Shown: positions 43,324 to 53,892 of the stretch, piece after piece | Numbering within the stretch: position 1 is the first letter of the stretch | How the letters are laid out: the number at the start of each line of letters is the position of its first letter | Source of the DNA: Minutocellus sp. GHC0000111 | Taxonomy: Eukaryota | Reading direction: 5' to 3' | Assembly (NCBI GenBank): GCA_977018835.1 | Contig: OZ361256.1 | Span: 6,820,001-6,884,000, forward strand | Length of the DNA stretch: 64,000 bases | Program-made: the position numbers and the translations under genes | The notes under the pieces: generated by a model | What the model was told of the DNA's origin: nothing | The model's input: only the letters and a program-made list of their open reading frames with translations | Databases searched by the model: none

Positions 43324-45350
43324 ATGGCTTCATCTTTCAACACCTGGAAGTCAGTCCTACTGGCACAAGAGATGCCGGCCGGGGCCGACGCCGCCGTAGC
43401 TCGAGATTTCCAGAGATTCCTCGCCGACAACGTCTGTGAAACCGACCCCACGGCCGCTGTGGTCCAGAGCCATGCCCGAGCGATCCAGCAGCAAATCCGC
43501 GACGCCGAGGGTTTGTCCATGCTGGCCCACCATCCAGAAGGGAAAGTCGTGGTGATTCACCATGCCGTGGCTCAGGGAGGCACCACCATGCAGCCCGACC
43601 TCAGGTTGGGTGGGCTCCTCGGGATCGACGATGTAGCCCCGGCAACGTCGTTGGCCCAACCTAGCCTCTTGCGGCACAAGGAGGTCCTAGCCCCATCGGT
43701 GGAAGCCATGCTGGGGGCACACCGTCAGAAGCAGCCCTAACCGGTCTCACCCAGGAAGGCTCCAACACCCGCCACTGGAGTGCCTCCACGAAGTTTAAGT
43801 CCCTTGTGCTGCTGCCACCTTCGATTCTGCAGAATGTTCTGGAAGAGCACGAGGCATCGCCTTGGGCCATCCTGTCCGCCGGCAGCGACGACGCATCAGA
43901 CAGCGGTGACGACGAGGGTCATGGCGCAGCAGGTCTTCGCTCCAATGAGGCTGTTCAACACGTCGTCAAGTGGCTGTGGTTCGTCGCCACGTCCGAGCAA
44001 GGTGACATCCCGGCCGTCAGCTTGCACCCAACGTAGGACCCGGCTCTCAAGACACACGCCCGTGAGATGCACGCTCGGCACATCACTGGCGCCAGTGGCG
44101 ACGGACCACCAGCCGGTGGCGCCCCGACCGACTCTGCAGTCACCACCGCGGCCAACGCCATGACTAGGGCCGCGTCCGAAGCATCCTCCCTCACCGGCGC
44201 AGTCATGGCCTACACTGACAAGGTCGACAAGAAGCACTCGATGAATGGCGCCATCCTCAAGGCCTGTGCCGCTTTCTGCCGGGTCTCGACCGAGCATGAC
44301 GATGATGTAGCAGCGATCGACTCGAATCTTCCCGAAGGATTGAAAGCACTGCTGGAAGAGTCAAACCTCACGCAAGCAGCCGTCGGCCTCGAGCTGCATG
44401 TAAAGGGCAAGACCGGAGTCAGGACATCTCTCCAGGGCCTCACCACTTACGTCCGCCTCTTTGGCTTCGGGAAGAGCGACAAGAAAATCTACGATGGCTT
44501 CTCTGTCTTCGCCTTTAGCCCGGTAAACTCCAGCAGCAGCAATGCGCCCCTGTGCCTCGCCGCCTCTCAAAAGAAAGGACATGCCTCGACTCAGGTGAAG
44601 GCTCTTCTGAAGCAGAGCTACCGGTCCCCAACCGAGCACGACGGTGCCAAACGTCACATCTCGGCCTTCGGCGCTGGCGTTTCCTTCCTTGCCGGAGAGG
44701 ACTCCGAGCCCGCTCGCTACGTCGCCAGGGTCCTCAGTCACATGAAGACACACGAGGACCAGTGCCGCGACATCTCCGAGAGCCATGGCGAGAAGTTCTG
44801 GCTGGCGATGTTCCACAATGTCGACGCCTCCATCCATGCATTCTGGAAAGCTTGTCTCCGTTCCCCCGACGACGCTGGCAACGACCTCTCTTGCTTCTCA
44901 ATGGCCGACGAGTCCAAAAAGACAATGAAGACTCAGAATCCTTTCGTCTATCCCAGCCACATCAAGCTCGTCCAATCGGCTGACGCTCCCACCCCTTCCT
45001 CGGATTCCGACTCCGACAAATCAGAGCCAAGAACCAGTCCGAAAAAGAAGCAAAAGACGGGCGGCGCCAGCGGCAGAGCCCACCAGCACGAACACTTCGT
45101 CACGTTCGACATCAACCCCGGCAACTTTGCAAAACGGCATGGCAATAAATCCGAGCCCTATGAGGACAGACCTGAAATTAATGGCTGTAAATTCTGCCCT
45201 CCATTCATCCTGATGGGTGTCTGCGGCGCCGGATCCTCGTGTGAGCTCAAGAAGTCCCATGTCAAGAGGCCTCTTAAGGCATCGGAGAGAGGACCCGTCG
45301 AGCAGCACGTCGAGAAATGCGATCGGAAGTACGAGGAGGCGGAGGAATGA
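43324..45350 (+). pseudogene. gag-like ORF1 of the DIRS-like element
   Basis: Broken ORFs 43315-43740, 43806-44036 and 44067-45350; terminal CPPFILMGVCGAGSSCELKKSH (CCCH-type). Confidence 0.6.
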
Positions 45351-46213
45351 CGGATCGGGTGGGCACGGAGGCGTGGCCCACCCTCGGAGGATGCTGGAGA
45401 AACATTTTGGCCAGCCGGCCGAGCTCGTCCCTCCAAGCGCCGTCGAGTGCAGCCAGACACGTCGGCGTCGATCCGCCCCGGTGGCTCCAGCCGCCCAAGG
45501 TTGTCCGGCACCCCAAAATCCGGCGTGTGCGGTCGCAACGACATCAGCAACCAATCCAGGCTCTCCGGTGCCCCTAATGCCGGAGCAGAAGGCCGAGGCG
45601 TTAGCAGTGACCTTCGGTCGGGTCCTGGTCCCCCTAACACCAGCGGTGATGCCTCTGCGCCGACAACAGCATCTCAGGCTCTGGCTCCAGCACCACTAAC
45701 GCTGGCGGTGCGGAAGCCACCGACAACCTCTTCGACCGGCTAGGCCAGCGAGAGAAGGATCTCCTAGGTAAGCAGCCCCAACCCGAAGCACAGTCCCCCC
45801 CTGGTTCCCCTACGCACAGCAAGGAAGCAGAACCGACACGCCAAAATGGTGAGTGAGACCAACAGGTGAAGAAACACCTACAACAAACGGGGCAGCCCAG
45901 CGCCCACAATGGGCCCACCACGGTCGGACAGACCCGCATGCTCGTGAACGTGCAGCATGCACATGTCTCACCTTTTTCTCGCCTTGTGCAATTCCACGTG
46001 GGAACTAGAGCCCATCTTCGATGTTTCCACCTTGGCACAGCACGTCCGACGAGCAGTCGAGTCCCCGTCGGCCACACCGAAGCCCACGGAGTTCAGATTT
46101 GAGCTCTTGACGGAGGCCGCCGGAGTCTTCTGGAGCCGATTCTTGGCCGGCACCCGCTGTGGCCCCGCTTCCGCTCCATTCTCGACAGTGGATCCGACTG
46201 GGCCCTCGATCCG

Positions 46214-47960
46214 GTGAGCGACGAAAGCAGACTGGACAGCGTGACAAAGAACATCGGCCGAGGCAACCACAAATCGGCCAGGGATAGGCCGGAGGCACTC
46301 AAGGACCAAGTTCTCGACGACGTGACCCGCTGTTTCGCCCTCCCTCTGCCAGCAAAGGTCGCGCCCCTCATTCCTGGAGCGGAGGTGGCTCCGATGGGTT
46401 TGGCAGCACAGAACACGATCAGCGAGGTCATGCCCAAGGACCGCCTGACTCACGACCAATCCTTCGAGATCGGCACCGCACGGTCCGTCAACAACAGAGC
46501 ACGCATGGAGGACCACCAGCCAGTGGTGTTCGGCCATGCCCTCCGGCGAGTGATCCACTGCATCGTAGACGCCCGTCACAAGCATCCCCGCACTTCCATC
46601 CTCCTGCAGAAGGTCGATTTCAAGGCTGCGTGTCGCCGGGCCCACTTGGCTCCCAGCACGGCCGTCAAAACGATCACCACCCTGGATGGCATTGCCCTCA
46701 TGTCCCTCCGGCTGACTTTCGGCGGCCGCCCTTGCCCGAGCGAATGGTGCAACATGTCCGAATCGGCGGCCGACCTGGCCAGGGCCCTCCTGCAATGCTC
46801 GGACTGGGACCCGTCAGAGCTCCATGGCCCCCAGCAGAAGCACTTGGGTCGCCCCAAGGTGGAGGGCGACGATGTGCCGTTCGCGCCGGCCCTGGACATG
46901 ATCGCAACCCTTCCCGACAACAAGGATGGCATCGTCGAGCCGCACGTCAATGACCTCATCGCCGCAGCCCCTGACCTGGGCGACAACAAGGATCGGATGT
47001 CCGCTGCCACCCTCCTCGCCATCCACGCGCTTGGCCGACCGGTGTCCGATAGCGAGCCACTGCCCAGAGATGACCTTGCCTCCATCAAGAAGCTGCTCGC
47101 CGAGGGGACGCCTTCCGAAGTGCTGTGTCTCTTGGGGTGGGATGCTGATGCCCGGCGGCTCCTGCTGAGGCTCCCTTGGAGCAAGTGCCTGGCCTGGCGC
47201 GATGACGTGCTTCGGCTCCTCAGAGCCCGCGGCGCCACCAGATCAGAGCTGGACACCTTGGTCGGAAGGCTAAACCACGTCGGACACATCATTCCAGCCG
47301 CACGACACTTCCTCAGCCGCCTTCGGGATCGGCTCTGGAAGGCCCGCCGCCACGGCCGCCAACGGTTCGACTCTGAGGATGCAGAAGACCTCAACCCATG
47401 GCTCCGCTTCCTCCGAAGGGCCTGGGGCACGAGTGCATGAGTGACGAATGCGAGCACGGCATCGGCGGATGGTCCTCGTCCGGCAGAGCGTGGAGATTTG
47501 CCCTCCCCGAGGAGCTGTGGGGCCGGTTCACCCTCAATTGCCTGGAGTTCCTCGCCGCCGTCATCGGCCCATGGATCGACCACATCGAGGGCAACCTGCC
47601 AACCCTCTCCTGCGTGCTGTCGGGGACCGACAGCACCACGGCCGAGGGATGGCTCAGGAAGTCGAACTTTGTGTCTCACGGCGAGAAGGATGCCGACGTA
47701 GCGGCCAAGCTGGCCACGGCGCGGAAGCTAGCCGACACACTCATCGAGACCAACACCATGCTGTGCTCACAGTGGTTCCAGGGGAAGCGCAATCCGGAGG
47801 CCGACTCTCTTTCTCGTGACACCGATCTCTCTGATGCTGACCTCACGAAATTGCTTCTGTCATCTCCCGAATGTCAGCTTCCCTCAAATTTCAGGATTGC
47901 ACCACTACCCAACGAGATTGCTTCCTGGATTGTCTCGCAGGCGAGGACGCTGCCCGTCAG
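46214..47960 (+). pseudogene. Reverse transcriptase + RNase H (inactivated)
   Basis: RLTHDQSF, KVDFKAACRR, LRLTFGGRPCP, HVND at the YxDD position (46943-46954) and LGW. RNase H motifs NCLEFLA, TDSTTA and GKRNPEADSLSR follow a frameshift near 47430. Confidence 0.85.
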
Positions 47961-48645
47961 GAAGCAGTCACAACGGCCACTGCCGAGAAGCACGCTCTCG
48001 CGTGGAGCCGCTGGACTGAGTTCCTGCAGCTCATCGGGACCGGGGACGACGTCTTCCTCGACAAGGCATCACCCCGAGACCGAACAGTCATTCTCGGCGC
48101 CTTTGCCCACGCCGTCCGACAGGCCAGCTTTTCGGGGCCAAAGCTTTCGCGACTGGCTGCGTCGACGGTCCGAGACACCGTCTCATGTGCATGCTCGTCC
48201 TTCCGGCACAACCAGCGCAGGGACCCAGGGAAAGACGACATTGGCCAGCCTTCATTCCTTCTGCAGCGGCAGTTCCGAGGACACAGCCAGTCCGACCCGG
48301 CCGAGCGGCCGGAGAAGGCGATCACCTGCCGGCTCCTCCGAGAGATCGCCTCCGTCAGGGAAACGGAAGAGGACCGTGCAGTCGGGCAACTAGCCGTCGG
48401 CGCCTTCTTCTTCGCGATGAGGTCTTGCGAATGCTCCAGAGTCAGCGGTGAGCGCAGGACCAAGCTGCTCCGCCTCCGCAACATCCAGTTCTACCGCGGC
48501 TGACGGCGCATGTGTCACAACGACCGGTCCCTCCTCTCAGCAGACTCTGTCTCCGTCACCTTTGAGTTCCAGAAGAACGACGAGCGTGACGTCACGATTA
48601 CGCAACACTACACCCACGACGCCACCCTCTGCCCAGTTCGAGCTT
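47871..48645 (+). pseudogene. Tyrosine recombinase of the DIRS-like element (in-frame stop at 48501-48503; C-terminal catalytic half missing)
   Basis: GAFFFAMRSCEC (first catalytic Arg), then VTFEFQKNDE...LCPVRA; no HxxR or Tyr region follows. Confidence 0.8.
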
Positions 48646-48650
48646 CCCAC

Positions 48651-48792
48651 CCTGGTTTTGGTTGCTGGTGGTGCCTCGCTGGACCAACGGTGCTCCTAAA
48701 TCGTTGGCAAAACGTGTCACCCTTGCCCTTGCCGTTGCGAGGTCTAGATGTGCTCCCCCATTGTGTGTCAAAACGTCTACCGGCCCATTTGC
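48651..48792. repeat. 142-bp dispersed direct repeat, copy A
   Basis: Matches 58256-58397, differing at four sites by my alignment. Confidence 0.9.
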
Positions 48793-48799
48793 TGGCTGT

Positions 48800-49482
48800 T
48801 TTGTCTCCGAATTCCAACCATCCGTCCCCAACATCGGCCGCTTCTACATGTGTTGCCAGACGATTCAGAACCCCCGGCTCTGCGTCAGCCTCACTGACGT
48901 AACCTCCGTGGGGGGACAAAATGCAGCTCTTTGCCCCCGACGATTCGAATCCATGCGACGTCGAAGCCACCCTGAACCGATGCAGTTGGGGGTGTTGTGG
49001 CAGGGCCAACCTTCCACTTTGTCTCAACTCGCTCGACGCGAGTGCTGCCCTTGTTGGTGGTTGTGGGATCTTCAGCATTGCTCTCATTGTTTGCTTCGGA
49101 GAGAGGTGCCGTCGCCGTGTGACATGCGATGGAAATGAAAAGCTGCCGGGTGAGCGAATCACCTACCACCTATCATGAGAATTCATTTTGGCTGTCTTTC
49201 GTGGTGGTCTAGACCAACGGCGGCGTTGTCGTTACTGGAATGCATGCCTGTTCCGCCAAAGATGGTGGAGAAAAGCAGCAAGCAGTGTGTGATCGGGAGT
49301 TCTTCGGGCACATCCAATGCTTGCTTACCATGGTAGTAGGCTAGGAATTTCCTACTACGTAGTATGCCGTGCAAATGCGAGGAAAGAGTGGCGAGGCAGG
49401 TGGCTGAATGAAGATCTTTCCTGGCCCGCGGCACAAGCAACAAGATCGTCGCTGTGGCCCTTTTGGGGGTCATTTTGGCCAT
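48800..49482 (-). pseudogene. Fragment of a GDSL/PC-esterase (TBL-like) gene
   Basis: VGDSLTRQLFISIAC motif; upstream fragments are in broken frames. Confidence 0.45.
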
Positions 49483-49673
49483 CGTGGCGTCTTCGTGTGA
49501 AAGTCTTTTTCTGCCTTTTTTTTACCGGTAGCAAAATGGGGGGTCATTGGCGTCGGGCTATTGGCGTCCGGAACTACGAGTATGCTGGCAATGAATAGCT
49601 GGCCCGGCACAAACCGTACCATACTACGCAGTAGCAAGCCCAAATACAAACTTCGTTATTTGCATATATCGCA

Positions 49674-51065
49674 ATGGCCCGAAAAATTCCACGCCGTCCA
49701 CGCTCGGGACGTACTAGTACCAGGTCTGCTACTACCGGTGCCAACAGTCCGACCAGTAGCCACCGCTCTTCCGCCCGCATCCGCACGTCTGTGATCGGTG
49801 CATTTGCCCTCGCTGGCGTGTTCCTCCTTGCGGCTGATCAGATTCCTGGAAGTCACAGGGATGGGCTCTTTGGCAAAGCTTTGCGGAAGACCAATGCGCC
49901 CAGTAGACGCTTGTCGGTGAATGACTACGAAAAAGTTCTCCACAGAGCGCTTGCATCTACTAGTACCGGCGAGATGTCAAAGGAAGACTTGGACCACGAG
50001 AAGATAGCCCGCCGCGCTCTTGCGGAAGCGTCCTCTTCTTCCTCCTCCCCCTCCTCCCGGTCTCTGACCTCCGACAATGTCAATTACGACATCATCAAGG
50101 AGGCCCTGAAAATTCGCGATGCTGACAACGATGACAAAGTTCCCTTTGATTTTGTAATGCAGGCTACGGTTGGAATGATTCCAATGATCAAGTCATGGAT
50201 ATGCAACACCGCGACCATGGATGGAGTACATTCGAATACCCTCCTCATCGTGGACGAAGCAGGCAAGAAGCTCTTGGATGATTTCGAACCTGCCAAGGAT
50301 ATGCACATTGTCCTGGATTCCCTCCCCAAGGAGATGCACGGGTCGTGGGATTTCGGCACCCTTGGATATTGGCTAGCGACTCAGAATCGTTTTCACACCA
50401 TTCTGGACATGATTGCCCTGGGCAAAGTGCCCGTGATGATCATTGAGCCGGATGCCGTGTGGACAGAGAATCCACTCGACGACCCGGCCATCACCGATAG
50501 CGACGCGGATATGGTCGGCTTCACCGACGGTGATGAAGGCGTCGGTGGCATAGGATTTGGCTTTTTGCGCATGAATCCAACGGATCCCGTCATCAGCTTG
50601 CTCAACATGGCGGGCGAATCTGTGGATAGCACCCTGAAGGCAGCCACGAAAAAAGGTAAAGATGAACCGAGCTTCTTTGTTGGAAAGATCACGGGAGAAC
50701 AAGACTTCTTCTCCAGACTGGTCTGGTCCTTCAAAAGCGAACATCCCGAAGTGAAGCTAATGGACATGCTGCCAGGGTGCCGCTATCCCTCCGGTACGTG
50801 GTACATGAAGCCAAAGGCAGATAATGCAAAATGTCGTGAGAAGGATCTAGGACCGATGGTGGTTCTGCAGAACAACTGGATTATAGGCAATGAAGCCAAG
50901 ATGACCCGATCGAAGGATTGGGGCCATTGGTTCTTGGCTGAAGGGGAAGATCGGTGCTTACGAACGGATTTGACAGTAGCGAGGCATAGCGTCGAGAGCG
51001 GTTCCAAACCAGAGCCAAAAGAACTCCTTGAGGCTATCGAAGTGATTGAGGTGGCAGAAGAGTAA
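49674..51065 (+). CDS. Nucleotide-diphospho-sugar transferase (GT77-like), type II membrane protein
   Basis: N-terminal TM (VIGAFALAGVFLLA); IEPDAVWTENP, GFLRMNPT, EQ and LQNNWIIGNEAK...WGHWFL. Confidence 0.8.
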   Translation: MARKIPRRPRSGRTSTRSATTGANSPTSSHRSSARIRTSVIGAFALAGVFLLAADQIPGSHRDGLFGKALRKTNAPSRRLSVNDYEKVLHRALASTSTGEMSKEDLDHEKIARRALAEASSSSSSPSSRSLTSDNVNYDIIKEALKIRDADNDDKVPFDFVMQATVGMIPMIKSWICNTATMDGVHSNTLLIVDEAGKKLLDDFEPAKDMHIVLDSLPKEMHGSWDFGTLGYWLATQNRFHTILDMIALGKVPVMIIEPDAVWTENPLDDPAITDSDADMVGFTDGDEGVGGIGFGFLRMNPTDPVISLLNMAGESVDSTLKAATKKGKDEPSFFVGKITGEQDFFSRLVWSFKSEHPEVKLMDMLPGCRYPSGTWYMKPKADNAKCREKDLGPMVVLQNNWIIGNEAKMTRSKDWGHWFLAEGEDRCLRTDLTVARHSVESGSKPEPKELLEAIEVIEVAEE

Positions 51066-51221
51066 AGTCGATATTCTAAAAAAATAGTAACTACATATTT
51101 CAACTTGCTTTTGGATATACCTTGGCCATTTGCATCGCATTCGACTGACTTTGTTCTTTTAAGATTCGAATATATATACGGTCGTGGCGACAAGACCATT
51201 CATATCTACACCGCCGGGAGA

Positions 51222-51743
51222 CTAGTTTGTCGAAGCCGCCTTGTTGATTTGGTCATTGATAATCTCCTTCTTCTCCTCGTCATCTGACACGGCGGCATCC
51301 TCCTTAGCTGCGGCAAGCTTCTCCTCGTCATCTGAAACGGCGGAATCCTCCTTAGCTGCGGCAAGCTTCTCCTCGTCATCGCTCAAATCGTCGCTGTTCT
51401 TACCAGCTTTCTTCCGGGCCGCCGTATCTTCACTACCATTGTCGTTTTTGTCAATTTGGTTGCCATCTTCATCCTCTTCATCACCGCTGACATCTTTGGC
51501 CTTGGCGAATTCAGCCACCCCATCTTTGCTTTCAGCGGCGCCTTCTGATTCATCCTTGTCTTCTTCGCTATCAATTTTATTCCCGTCGCTATTGGCGTCC
51601 TCATCCGCATCATCGCTGGCAATGACGTTCTTTTTCTTAGCAGTCAGCCACCACCACCACCACCAGCAGCGTCCGGTTGGCGGTTTTCGATCTAATGTTG
51701 ACCGGTTGATCAGTGGGATCATGCGCCATACGAGAGTAGACAC
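51222..51743 (-). other. Acidic low-complexity ORF with 48-bp tandem repeats (SDDEEKLAAAKED)
   Basis: About 2.3 repeat units at roughly 51270-51382; start unclear. Confidence 0.4.
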
Positions 51744-51927
51744 CCAAATCGTCCGCGGACGTCCAAAAGGTCTACGATCAGTGCTTTCGATTTGAGTCCA
51801 ATTCCGTCATCAAGAATCGAGCGGGAAGAAAATAAGGACCTCACAAACCACGTTATACAGCAAAAATAATCTCGCCGGGAAGGTTTTGAGGATGACCCGC
51901 TTTGAATTTGCAACAGGCCGTAATTGT

Positions 51928-52095
51928 GGAAAACGTGGCCTAATTGAGACTGCAGATGCGGACCCGGACCGACCTTATAGTGGAGGTCTACTACGTCATG
52001 CAATAAATCTTAGAGCACAAGCGGCAATGACGTTCGTAATTGGGTGGGAAAACGTGGCCTAATTGAGACAGCAGATGCGGACCCGGACCGACCTT
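51928..52095. repeat. 49-bp direct repeat pair (51928-51976 and 52047-52095)
   Basis: ggaaaacgtggcctaattgagac[t/a]gcagatgcggacccggaccgacctt occurs twice with one mismatch. Confidence 0.9.
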
Positions 52096-52694
52096 CAAGT
52101 GCACAAGCAAGGCAGCGGCCGCAGCGGGAATGACTTTTCCCGCGGAAATCAAGCCTCTGACCCGCCACGGCGTCATCACACAAGAGGCGACAGCGTGCAC
52201 GGCGTGCACAGCAACACCGCACAATAACAGGTTTAGCCTCGCACAACAGCGGCGGCCGCATGCCGCATGTGTTGTAATATCTATCGTCGTCTAAATTGCT
52301 ATGTTCCGGACGGATCATAGCGTGCCATGCACACATGCATACATGCGGACAATAATAAGTAGGCCTTCAGTAGGCCTTCTTTGTCTGATGCACTACACTA
52401 CGTCGTCAGAGTGACTATCAGCCCGTCTTTTTACATGCGTCCCACCAGGCCGCCAACATTTTGCTAGTACCAACCAACATTGATCGTCACAATCTTCACC
52501 AGTGAGACATAACATTGACGAAAAGCACCTGCGTGCCTGCAGCTCCATCGAAGACCCACCGCGAGCTCACCTCAACCCCTCTCTCCATCTCTCCTCCTCT
52601 TTGGCATTGTTGATTGGCAGGCAGGGAAACTGTACGTATCTACCCACCGGCATCTTCTGCTGCTTTCGCCTCCAACCAAAACAACACGATAACG

Positions 52695-53575
52695 ATGGAC
52701 CGTCGTTCGAGCGCACCACCGGCGAGCCTGTCCACAAACCTCAAGGCAGTCCGATTCAGCGGCCAGTCAGACGGAGGAGATGGCATCCAATCCACGAAGA
52801 GAACGTCATTCAAGGACACTACTACCATTCGCTGGATCAAGTCTCTTGGCGAAATGTCCAAGGAGGAGAAGTCGCTACTTTGGTATACGGTAAGTCGTGA
52901 GAAGATGGTGAAGGGAAGAAACAGCCCACATCAAGAGCACCAACCCTCGCAGGCACTGTCGGCCAAGACGTCATCTGCGCCAGCGTTGATTAAATAATTA
53001 TTTGCTTGCACTAGCTTACATCTTGAGTCCCTGCTTACATTTGGCGTTATATGTTTCCTCATGTTTCTCACAATGCTCTGTTGCATCTTCGTGCTACGTC
53101 CACCTCATTGCTACATGTACCCCTACGCACATATACTTTTGAACAGCCCGATGACCTCAATAATATTCGCAAGGACACGAGGAAAACGGTCAAGGCCCAT
53201 CGAAGGCTGGTAGCATCGCTCCCTGCCGACGACCTATTGTCTGAAGACTCCCAGCAGCCAATGCCCCGTCGCTTCTCCGAGGGCGATGCCGATGACGTCG
53301 AGATGTGTATCCGTGGCCTCGAGCATCTCACCTGCAAGAGTACACTCCTCTCCCTCGTCAAGGAGAAGTCGCCAGTCGTTCAGGCCGTCCTCTCGCTTCA
53401 TCGTAACCGCCAGCCTCCTCCCATGGAACTGGCCGAAGTCGTCGATCGTCCAGCTACGACTGAGGCAAGGCTCAAAAGCATCCTGCTGGCCATGCGCTAC
53501 TCGGCTCTGACCCGTGTTGCTTCCGAAAGGGCCCAACGTGCCGCCGGGGACGACGAAGCCGAGGCCTACGACTAG
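52695..53575 (+). CDS. Diatom-type protein of unknown function (VRF...WY...CxRGLE family); intron 52890-53146
   Basis: KAVRFS, EEKSLLWYT spliced to PDDLNNIR, MCIRGLE and A..RA..DE pattern; canonical GTAAGT...CAG intron in phase 0. Confidence 0.7.
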
Positions 53576-53892
53576 AGCTAGACTAGCTAGCTGCTATCTA
53601 GAGCACCATGCAAGTATTGCTGTCGGCGCAGGTTCAAACACCAATCTGTGCGCGCCTTTGATCTCACTCGCACGATGTAGTAACTTAATTATATAAAGGG
53701 AAGTCCACACAAACGATGGATAGATAGAAAGAAAGGATGTCGATCTCAAATGCTTTTCTTGTCTTGTACCTAGCTAGCCAGGTAGGTATGTCACGAGTCT
53801 AGCTCTCGAGCAGACATCAACTGTATTACAAATATTATTAGACATGACACAAGGGCATCTACGATCTACCAGTATACATATTATCATTAAAA

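Larger units (their letters stand above)
41655..48645 (+). mobile_element. Decayed DIRS/Ngaro-type tyrosine-recombinase retrotransposon, 3'-truncated; left boundary approximate
   Basis: Order: (CT)n/gttagtta leader, extra ORF(s), gag-like ORF with a CCCH finger, RT, RNase H, overlapping YR. Several stops and frameshifts. Confidence 0.85.

Noticed and set aside
46576..47679. 367-aa antisense ORF in the retroelement
   Set aside because: TpA loss removes TAA/TAG stops, so long spurious frames are expected.
46201..48500. Classical RIP, plain CpG decay or ADAR editing as the cause of the bias
   Set aside because: RIP would raise TpA; CpG remains plentiful; changes appear on both strands; TAG, ADAR's preferred context, is what survives.
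51928..52095. CRISPR-like repeat-spacer-repeat
   Set aside because: Only two units, a 70-bp spacer, eukaryotic context and no cas genes.
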